Origin: Octopus bimaculoides
Lineage: Eukaryota
DNA: 54,932 nucleotides
Assembly: GCF_001194135.2 (NCBI RefSeq)
Contig: NC_069006.1
Coordinates: forward strand, 4,684,718-4,739,649
Direction: 5' to 3'
The notes beneath the pieces were generated by a model. That model did not search any database and was not told the origin of the DNA. It saw only the letters and a program-made list of their open reading frames with translations. A program made the position numbers and the translations under genes. Below, one piece after another: positions 11,758 through 21,768 of the stretch (position 1 is the stretch's first letter; the number at the start of each line of letters is the position of its first letter).

Positions 11758-12418
11758 NNNNNNNNNNNNNNNNNNNNNNNNNNNNNNNNNNNNNNNNNNN
11801 NNNNNNNNNNNNNNNNNNNNNNNNNNNNNNNNNNNNNNNNNNNNNNNNNNNNNNNNNNNNNNNNNNNNNNNNNNNNNNNNNNNNNNNNNNNNNNNNNNNN
11901 NNNNNNNNNNNNNNNNNNNNNNNNNNNNNNNNNNNNNNNNNNNNNNNNNNNNNNNNNNNNNNNNNNNNNNNNNNNNNNNNNNNNNNNNNNNNNNNNNNNN
12001 NNNNNNNNNNNNNNNNNNNNNNNNNNNNNNNNNNNNNNNNNNNNNNNNNNNNNNNNNNNTTTTTTTTTTTTTTTTTTGCATGTCCCTTTTTCATGTTATT
12101 TTCTTGTACATTTTATGTAATTTTTTTCTTGTGTTCTTTCAGATTTCCCATTTCCAAACCTCTTTGTTTATTTTCTTTCTCTTTGATACTCCAACAACAG
12201 TCAACCCAATGACAGACTCTCTCTAAACTGAGAAACTAGAAAAAACTACCATAATTAGAGTAGTTAGCATTTGTCAAGATTTTCATGTAATGACCATAAA
12301 ACTTCCTTGGCCTGTGAATTTTAGTGAGGTCAGCCAGAAGAAACAGGGCCACTTTATAGATTTTAAGGTCCAGTAATTTTAAAGGAAGGGAGATCATTTC
12401 TTTTAAATCCCACATATA

Positions 12419-12579
12419 CTGTATTTTAACGTGTATAAGGAACCCCCTAATTTTTGGGGCTTAAAATTTGGAAAAAAAGGTTTTGTAAGGGATTATAATA
12501 CTATTAATGTTTAAGAAACTCCCATATTTTTTTAACCTCATTTTTGACAAAAAAGGGTTCCTTATACGTTAAAATACAG
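12419..12579. mobile_element. pogo/Tc2-like MITE
   Basis: TIR ctgtattttaacgt(gt)ataaggaaccc / gggttccttatacgttaaaatacag, TA on both sides. Confidence 0.85.
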
Positions 12580-13047
12580 TAATTGGTGGAAAAGGTAAAA
12601 AGTCAGGAGTGTGTGTGTGTGTGTGTGTGTACATTTTCCTCAGGGGTGACATCATCACACAATGTTCACTTTTCCATGCTTGCATGGGTTACACAGAATC
12701 TTTTGAGGCAGGTTTTCTACAGCCAGATGCCCTTCATGTTGCCAACCCACACTTGCTTCCAAGCAAGGTAGTATATTCCATAACCAGATATGTCTTCATA
12801 AAAGATTAGGGAAAACATTGCTTTTGTGATTGGCTGTTCATTTACAGCCATTACTTGAATTCAAACCACCCACATACACGTACATATATATATGCATGCA
12901 TATGTGTGTGTCATCATCATCATCATCATCATCATCATTTAACGTCCGTGTTCCATGCTAGCATGGATGGGACAGTATCACAAGAACTGGCCAGGCTGAA
13001 GTCTGCACCAGACATCTGTGACTGTTTTGGCAGGATTTTTACTGCTA

Positions 13048-13530
13048 GATGCCCTTCCTAACACCAACCACTCAGCAGAGTGGAATTAGTGCTTTTTATG
13101 TGGCCCAAGCAGAGGTGAGGTCAGTTTTGGCAAGGTTTTTACAGCTGGATGCCCTTCCTAACACCAACCACTCAGCAAAGTGGACTTAGTGCTTTTTATG
13201 TGGCCCAAGCAGAGGTGAGGTCAGTTTTGGCAAGGTTTTTACAGCTGGATGCCCTTCCTAACACCAACCACTCAGCAAAGTGGACTTAGTGCTTNNNNNN
13301 NNNNNNNNNNNNNNNNNNNNNNNNNNNNNNNNNNNNNNNNNNATTAGTGCTTTTTATGTGGCCCAAGCAGAGGTGAGGTCAGTTTTGGCAAGGTTTTTAC
13401 AGCTGGATGCCCTTCCTAACACCAACCACTCAGCAAAGTGGACTTAGTGCTTTTTATGTGGCCCAAGCAGAGGTGAGGTCAGTTTTGGCAAGGTTTTTAC
13501 AGCTGGATGCCCTTCCAAATGCCAACCACT
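13048..13530. repeat. 100-bp tandem repeat derived from a SINE interior
   Basis: gatgcccttcc recurs at 13048, 13148, 13248, 13406 and 13506 with near-identical units; gap at 13295-13342. Confidence 0.9.
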
Positions 13531-14406
13531 TTACATTGTGGACTGGGTACTTTTAAGTGGCACCTGCACTGGCAGAGTCACCAAGTACTTGCAAGACAAA
13601 AACTTTAACGAGGGGAGGAGGCATTGGAGTGGTTGATGATGAAAAGGTTATAGTGAGACAGATACAGGTGTTTTGCTGAAGAGGAAGTATAAGGGTACCT
13701 GGCCGGAGAGAGAAGACCCTGCCAAATCAGACTTGAGCCTGGTGCAGCTCCCCAGCTTTCCAGCTCTGGTCAAACCGTCCACCCCAAGTCAGCATGGACA
13801 ATGGACGTTGGAGGATGATGATGATATATATATATAGTGTGAACAGTGTAATATATAACCCCATATACATCACACAAGACACATACATATTGCTAAACAC
13901 AGGCACAGACACACACACACAGATAGAAAGTCAACCGTATGCGTAGATAGAGACACATACCACCGAAAGACAAGATGGAATACAAGACAGGACTAGATCA
14001 GAGAGAAAAGGAGAAGCGGAGAGGAACAGATAGCCATTGAAGAGGTTGCAGGGTGTGGGACAAAAGAACACTGACAAATAATAATAATAATAATGATCCT
14101 TTTTACTAAAGGCACAGGGCCTGTAATTTGAGGGGAGGGGATGAGTCAATTACATCGACCCCCAGTACTCAACTGCCTTCAATAATAATAATAATGGTTT
14201 CAAATTTTGCCACAAGGGCAGACATGTCAGTCGATTACATATGTTTGTGTGAATGATTTGGGGTTTGTCTTGAATTGTCAGGGATCTTTAGTTGGAAAGG
14301 AGAATTGTGGAGGGTTTGAGTTACTGGTAATTTAAGGGACTCACTGATATAGGGATCACAGTATTGCAGAAGTTTACTGGAATCGTGTCCATTTTTACCG
14401 TTTCAG

Positions 14407-14533
14407 GTGTACATATGTGCCACTTGATGCCTTCCATACTCCAGTGAATAAACTCAAGAAAAGTTTCCTCACAAACGACAAACAGAACGTCTACTTCCCT
14501 GGATTCCCCACGTTTAAGCACATCCGACACAGA
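14407..14533 (+). CDS. XRN1: XRN1 coding exon (CTYVPLDAFHTPVNKL...VYFPGFPTFKHIRHR)
   Basis: tttcag acceptor, aga|gtaagt donor; YFxGFPTxKHIRH motif; phase 2 to 0. Confidence 0.95.
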
Positions 14534-14749
14534 GTAAGTGGTGGTCTTTTATACATTTATATATCATCATTTGAACATCTGTTTCCCAGTTTGGCAGGAA
14601 CTGGGAAGCCAGGCAGTTACACTAGGTTCCAGCTGCCTGTTTTAGCTTGGTTTCTACAGCAGGATGCCCTTCCCAATGCCAACCACGTTACAGAGTGGAC
14701 TGGGTCCCTTTTATGGGGTACCCCCACAGGTGCTTTCACCTGGGATTGG

Positions 14750-14945
14750 CATGGATGCTGTTATGTGACACCAGCACAGGCAATTTTATGTGACACAGGC
14801 ACTTTTGTGACACCAGCATGGGTGCTTTTTATATAGTACCACCACAAATATTTTTATGTGGCACTGGCACAGGCACTTTTGTGTGACATAGACACAGGCA
14901 CTTTTATGTGACCACGGCACAGGCACTTTTATGCAACACCAACAC
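14750..14945. repeat. ~22-25-bp minisatellite inside a SINE
   Basis: Repeated gtgacaccagcacaggcacttttat-like units. Confidence 0.8.
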
Positions 14946-15071
14946 CTGTGAGCCCATGAGACAAGGACCTCTTGGCTGAGAGAGGGGCATAGAGGACCTC
15001 TTGGGAAAGTCTGGTCCCTATTCTGTTTGGCTTTTTTGCTGACCTGCCAAGTTATGGGGACATACGGAAAT

Positions 15072-15120
<49 letters not shown>

Positions 15121-15407
15121 ACATACTGGACTTCTTTCAGTTTCCATCTACCAAATCCACTCACAAGGCTTTGGTTGGCCTATGGCTATAGTAGAAGACA
15201 CTTGCCTGTGGTGCCACACAGTGGAACTGAACCCAAAACCACATCCATACATATATGCTGTTCTTATCACAGTATATATGGCTAATATGTGTGTCCCCCC
15301 ATACTGTAATTGTTTTAGCTTCAAAACATGATCCCAGATCAAATCACTTGCCTGACAAATATTTTTCCAATATTCATTCATGTTTTTCCCCCATTTTCTC
15401 CTTTCAG

Positions 15408-15497
15408 GCAGAATTAAAGAAAGATGGCGTGAAAGTTTTCCAGTTTAACAGTAAACTCGATAACATGATAGTCCAAATAATTGAGGATTGGGAACAG
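15408..15497 (+). CDS. XRN1: XRN1 coding exon (AELKKDGVKVFQFNSKLDNMIVQIIEDWEQ)
   Basis: ctttcag acceptor, cag|gtaaat donor; 90 nt; matches LKKSGVQVFQQSSRGENM. Confidence 0.95.
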
Positions 15498-15922
15498 GTA
15501 AATTTAAAGTTTCTTTCTTTTACTTTTTAATTCATGTCATCATCGTCGTCAATGTCATTTAACATCCTTTTTTCCATGCTGGCATGGGTTGGATGATTTG
15601 AAAGGATGTTGTGCTTCAGTGTCTGCTTTTGCATGGTTTCTGGAACTGGATACCCTTCTGAAATCCAACCATTTTACAGAGTATACTGGGTGCTTTTTTT
15701 CATGCTACTGGCACTAGTGAGGTCACAAGGTCACAAGACAGAAAGTGAGGCCACAAGACAGAAAGAGAACAGGAAAAGAAATAAAAATAGGACCCCTCAC
15801 ACACACACACTTTAAAATTATCAAGCATATTCCAACCCTGACTACCACTGTTAAATATTGTTTATTATTAGAAAATTACTATTTGTAAATCTCACGACCT
15901 GAGATATTCAGCAACAGTACTT

Positions 15923-16145
15923 TGTAGTAAAAATTGTTTGCCAACATAACATGGCAGTCCTGGTTTAGGATGAATGTTGCTGTAATTTAGCCCCAGGAGA
16001 CATCGTCTCCAGCTGGCTATACGACACGATCTGTGTCCTTATATTTTCGAACAAGGGAATCTAGCACCCCCCCACTCATCAATTACAGCAACATTAATCC
16101 TAAACCAGGACTGCCATGTAACGTTGGCAAACAATTTTTACTACA
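15923..16145. mobile_element. non-autonomous element with ~64-bp terminal inverted repeats
   Basis: tgtagtaaaaattgtttgccaac...ggatgaatgttgctgtaatt mirrored at 16081-16145; no clear TSD. Confidence 0.8.
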
Positions 16146-16306
16146 TTGTTTATGTCATCAATTATTGTGATGTGTACATCACCATTTAACATCCATTTTC
16201 CATGCTGGCATGGGTTAGACGGTTTGACTGGAACTGGTAAGCTGTAGAGCTGCACCAGGTTCCAGTCTGATTTGGCAGGGTTTCTATAGCTGGATGCCCC
16301 TCTTAA

Positions 16307-16548
16307 CCCATCCATGCCGAAATTTTTCTAGTGAATGAAATTGCCTGAAAATTCACAGATACTATTATTTTGAGCTAAATAACAACTGAAAAAAAATTTC
16401 ATTGAAATCCGTTTGATACAGACTGCATACACGTTAAGAACAGGTTCCATTCTTTGATACAGATCATACAGAAATCGCAATTTGTATCAAGTATTTGTTT
16501 TATACCCTTAAAAATTGTCAGTTTAAACGGACAATCGGCATGAATGGG
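16307..16548. mobile_element. piggyBac-like MITE inserted in a SINE
   Basis: TTAA|cccatccatgccga...tcggcatgaatggg|TTAA; SINE sequence resumes on both sides. Confidence 0.88.
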
Positions 16549-16941
16549 TTAATGCTAACCACTCCAAGAGTGTAATTGGTGCTTTTTACATGCCACCGGC
16601 TCAGGTGCCAGTTACGTGACACTGGCATCGGCCATGACTACAAGTCCACTCAGCTTGACCGGTCTTCTCAAGCTTTAGAAATTAGTATCATCATCATCAT
16701 CATCATCATCGTTTAACGTCCGCTTTCCATGCTAGCATGGGTTGGACGATTTGACTGAGGACTGGTGAAACCGGATGGCAACACCAGGCTCCAATCTAAT
16801 TTGGCAGAGTTTCTACAGCTGGATGCCCTTCCTAACGCCAACCACTCTTATGTGGAATGACAAATCTGGAGACAAAAGTATTCAATACTCACATTAATTT
16901 ATTTAAAGCTGAGGCTTGACTCTAACAGAAGAGACATTATC

Positions 16942-16973
<32 letters not shown>

Positions 16974-17879
16974 TGTTATCATTAAGTCCACTTTTCCATG
17001 CTTGTATGGCTCGGATGAAGTTTATTGAGGCAGATTTCCTACGGTGGGATGCCCTTCCTGATGCCTACCTTCACCTCTTTTCCAAATAAGGTGGTATTTC
17101 TCCCAATGGCTGGACAAGTTTGTCATGGAAGACTGGAAACGAGCAACACTGTATAGAGGCCTATGATGATGATGATGATGATGGTGATGATCATTTACAA
17201 CCATCACAAAGTGTCCAGACAAGGTTACATACACACACACATAATGGACTTCTTTCAGCCTCCATTTACCAAATCTACTCATGAGGTTTTGGTCAGCCTA
17301 GGGCTATAGCAGAAGATGCTTGCCCAAGGTGCCATGCGGAGGGACTGAACCCACAATCACAAGTAAATCTGCCAAGATCTTAGATATTGAAGAGTGGAGG
17401 AGAGTTACATCATCATCATTTAACGTCTGTTTTCCATGCTGGCATGGGTTGGATATTCTGACAGGAGGTGGTCACCTGGACTCCATGTCTGTTTTGGCCT
17501 TTAAGGCATCCAGCCGTAGAAACCGAGCCAAGTCAGACTGGAGCCTGGTGCTGCTCTCCAGCTTACCAATTCCAGTCAAACCATCTAACCCGATAGTTAC
17601 CAAACTTCTTCAGGTTGCTGCCCCTTTGGCACCCAGTCCACAGTCCTAATGCCCTCCCCCCATCATCCACACCACAAATATAGATCATTTTCTGTAGCAA
17701 ATTCAAAACAACTGTATTTTACAAGTAAAACTTATGCCACCCAGAGTGTACTGGGTGCTTTTGTGCAGCACTGGCATGGGTGCTTTTTATGTGGCACTGA
17801 CACCCATGAGCCTGCAAGATTAGGAATGCTCAGCTGCAGAGTGATGCAGGGGACATGCCTGCATGCAAGGACAGGGCAG

Positions 17880-18340
17880 CCATGTATTTACTTTGCTTGT
17901 CGTGTCTTCTGAAGCACAGCAAACTGATAGAAGTCTCAGTCCTCTGTCGTCCCCTCTGTGAAGCCCATTATCTGAAGATCCTTTCTCACCACTTCATCCC
18001 ACATCTTCCCAGGTTTCCCCCATTCCACATGTTCCCTCTGCAATTAGAGCTCAGCATCTCTTGATTCAGCTGTCTTCATTCATACACATTCCATGGCCAC
18101 ACCAACACAGTCTTCTCTCTTGTACCCTACATCTTGTACCCTCCATACCCAGTTTTTCTCTCAAATCACTTACACTTTGTCATATACGCACACTGACCTT
18201 ACCCACCCAGTGAAGCATACTGGCTTCATTGCTTTCAAGCCTTTGCACCCTCACCAGTCACAACCCATGTTTCACTGCCATGTGCTACATGTTGTATTTC
18301 TAATTGTAAAATTCAAACAAGGGAGTCCTGTTGTTACAGA
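17880..18340 (-). mobile_element. RTE LINE 3' fragment
   Basis: Reverse complement of the region seen at 35160-35540 (HGSETW, ERNEASML, RGKPGKMW). Confidence 0.75.
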
Positions 18341-18421
18341 TTCCATGTAGTTCCATGTTTCTTTGACTACAAGTGGTCTTATAAGATATGTCTGTGACTT
18401 TGTTCTATCTTTGTTCCTTAG

Positions 18422-18525
18422 GATTTGAAAAGTATTGCTACTGACATCTTAGGAAAGACCCTTCTAGTTAACTGGCCCCATTTATTTGAAGTTAAAGTTC
18501 TGGTAGTTGCAGACGCTCAGATGAG
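18422..18525 (+). CDS. XRN1: XRN1 coding exon (DLKSIATDILGKTLLVNWPHLFEVKVLVVADAQM)
   Basis: ttccttag acceptor, ag|gtcagt donor; LGKxxxVNWPHL motif; phase 0 to 2. Confidence 0.95.
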
Positions 18526-19650
18526 GTCAGTATAAAATACTCAGCCTTCTTGTTTTTATTTATTTAATCTTCATTTTCATTTTTTTTTAAGTTTTTTTAA
18601 AAATTTTTTATTTTAAAAAATTCATTTTACATTTGACCATTTTGCAAAGTCTGTAATTTCTTCAGTTCTTCCGCTGACCATTCTTAACTCTGTTTACCAT
18701 TTTTCTGTAAAAATATATTGCCTCTGTTAGAATTATTTTTGAAAATAAAATAGAATTTAGTAAAATAACTTTATTATTAAGCTGGTGTTTAGAACATAAA
18801 TTAACCTGAAACTTTGATGGGAGGTTTTAATTTAGGTCCCTTTAAACCCTTTTGTTACCATATTCCTGTTGAAATACATTGCTGTTTTATTTCAATTAAT
18901 TTTGAAATATTTCAATAAAACGGCGAGCTGGAAGAAACGTTAGCACGCCGGACGAAATGCTTAGCGATATTTCGTCTGTCTTTACGTTCTGAGTTCAAAT
19001 TCCGCCGAGGTCGACTTTGCGTTTCATCCTTTCGGGGTCGATTAAATAAGTACCAGTTACGCACTGGGGTTGATGTAATCGACTTAATCTGTTTGTCCCC
19101 TCTGTGTGTAGCCCCTTGTGGGCAGTAATGAAATAAGAATGGTTAGCAGACGAAGCTGGTGTAAGGCAATCAGCTGGCAGAATGGTTAGCATGCCAAACC
19201 AAAATGCTTAGCAGCATTTTATCTGTCTTTATGTTATGAGTTCAAATTCCGTCAAGGTTGACATTGCTTTACATTTTCCCAAGGTCAGTGAAATAAGCAC
19301 CAGTCGTGTACTGGGGCCACTGTAAACAACTACCCCCCCTTCTGTCCCCCAAGAAATTTCAGGTCTTGTGCCTATAATAGAAAGGATTATTCATTATCAT
19401 TTAACGTCCACTTTCCATGCTGGCATGGGTCGAACAGTTTGACTGGAACCGGGAAGCTGGAGAGCTTCACCAGGTTCCAGTCTGATTTGGCAGGGTTTCC
19501 ACAGCTGGATGCCTTTCCTGAAGCCAACCACTCCGGGAGTGTAATGGCTGCTATTTACGTACCACCGGCATGGGTACCATTTACATGACACTGGCAATGA
19601 CCATGACCATGATTGCACAGGTGCCATTTACATTTATTATTATTATTATT

Positions 19651-20203
19651 GAGTGAGAGAGCAGTGCATGCTATCAAAGTGACACTGGGGTAAAATATAC
19701 GAAGCCCAGTATACCCATAATGACGACCCGTCTGATAAGGGTACACCAGGCACATGCATCACAACCATGTGTGCACGACATGGTGATCTCATATCAAGAT
19801 AAACAGCGCATGACCTTGCAGGTGGGGCCCAGTTAGAATTTTCTTCAGATCGGGTAGCCCATCCCACTCAAAAGGTCCCTGAATAAGGTTTGTTTAAGGA
19901 TGTTGAGCAAAACATCCATGTTTCCAAAAGTGAATTATTCAAACCCCAAAGAATTCCTCTCAACACATGGCTATGATGCTCCCCCACTACTTCTGCTCAT
20001 GATCAGAGATGCACATATCGTCAGCCACCAAGGGACATGCTCAGCTGGTTAAGGTCAAACAACTGACAAGCAAATCTGTGGTATTGAGTAGAATATTTGC
20101 TGTAGCCCATCTTTTATACCAAGACAAAACAATGTCCATGATGACACTTCCAATCAATTAAGATCAGAAGCTATGAGAGCCACTGCCTGGTACTGCATCT
20201 GGG
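19651..20203. repeat. unclassified ~550-bp insertion flanked by catttattattattatt direct repeats
   Basis: Same 17-mer at 19631-19647 and 20204-20220, suggesting a target-site duplication in a (TTA)n tract. Confidence 0.5.
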
Positions 20204-21403
20204 CATTTATTATTATTATTATATTTGCTTAGAAGCCACACTCTGTGCGGACTTTTAATCTAGCTCTTGCAGAGGGCTAATTTTAGCCTGTGGCCCAAAA
20301 CTGAAGAGAGCTAAATAGCATGACTAAAATACATCTATTATAGCTATATGCCCCAGTGGTGTTTGATCAGAGGTTAAGGGTGGGTGAGAATTAATTCTGT
20401 AATGCAATCATTTATTGTTCCAGTCCCAAGTTGAATTCCAACTGTTGGCCAATTTGACCCAAAGTTATTATCTCTGTGTAAAATTGATGCGAATGTCATT
20501 TATCTCCCCCTTGGTCTCTGATAACATCTGACAAACGCCAACCAAGATGGCGTGAATCAGTCAAGCTTTACATGCTAGAAATAGCAACCCAAATGCTTTT
20601 AAATTAGATCCTAATGCTGGATGTTCAAGAACCAAACAAAGGGCAGATTTTCAATCGTTTTCTACTCTAGGCACAAGGCCCGAAATTTTTTGGGACGGGA
20701 CCAGTTGATTAGATCGACCCCAGTAAGCAGCTGATACTTAATTTATCGCTCCCGAAAGGATAAAAGGCAATGTTGACCTTGGCGGAATTTGAACTCAGAA
20801 CGTAAAGACAGACGAAATACTGCTAAGCATTTTGCCTGGCATGCTAATGTTCTTGCCATCTTGCTGCCTTCAATCCTGTGATAATCCTGATTCCAAAAAG
20901 GCATAATATGTCTCTTTAGAGCAAATGTAGACTGAGATACAGGGGTCCCAGACGGACAGACAGAATTTCGCTTTTATTTATGTAGATGTGTAAAGATGAA
21001 GAGTTGAGAGAAGGCAGAATTGTTTTGTGTAGCAGACATGTAATAGTATTTGTTCTGGCTCCTTGCATCCTGGTTTCATCATCATCGTTTAACGTCTGCT
21101 TTCCATGCTAGCATGGAAAGCGGACATTAAATGATATCCCACCAAAATCCATTTTGCCTTTCATCTTTTCATATTGATGAAATAAAGTACCAGTTAAGTA
21201 CCATGGTCAATGATAATTACTAGTCCCCTCCCCCTTAAAATTATCGGGCCAGTGCTTTAAAAAAACAAAAGACAATTCTTTATATGGGTACAAAAATTTA
21301 ACTCAGATTGCTTTGTATTCAGGAGATTGAAGAATTTAAAATTAATATTTCACCTTTTGAACAGTGGCTCTCATGTTTGTTGTATTTTATTTTTGAATTC
21401 TAG

Positions 21404-21505
21404 CTATTATTTGTCCAACCACTTTGATGGCACCATCAGGTGTGAGAAATTTGATGAACTTCACCATAAACTTTGGCAACGGGAGGTCAACGCCATTACG
21501 GAGAA
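21404..21505 (+). CDS. XRN1: XRN1 coding exon (YYLSNHFDGTIRCEKFDELHHKLWQREVNAITE)
   Basis: ttctag acceptor, aa|gtaagg donor; phase 2 to 2; WxxEVxxIxE matches WAKEVQGISE. Confidence 0.9.
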
Positions 21506-21552
21506 GTAAGGTTTATTTTGATTTGTTGAGAGTGGACTTGAGAATTATTTAA

Positions 21553-21768
21553 CCCTTTAGCATTCGGATTTCTCCGTCAAATGTAATGCTTCTTTATCCA
21601 TATTATCTTGAATTCATCATACATTGCAGCTTTTAGATTTCAATAATGTGATTGTTTACTTTTAGAATGACATTGCACGATAGGTGTGAGAGACTGGATC
21701 TGATTTGCTTGAAAATAAAGCAGGTAGAATATTTGGGCTGGATATATCTGGCTTTAAATGCTAAAGGG
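21553..21768. mobile_element. piggyBac-like MITE (ccctttagcatt family)
   Basis: ttaa|ccctttagcatt...aatgctaaaggg|ataa. Confidence 0.85.

Noticed and set aside
13048-13530. CRISPR-like regular array
   Set aside because: No variable spacers; whole 100-bp units are identical and SINE-derived, in a eukaryotic intron.
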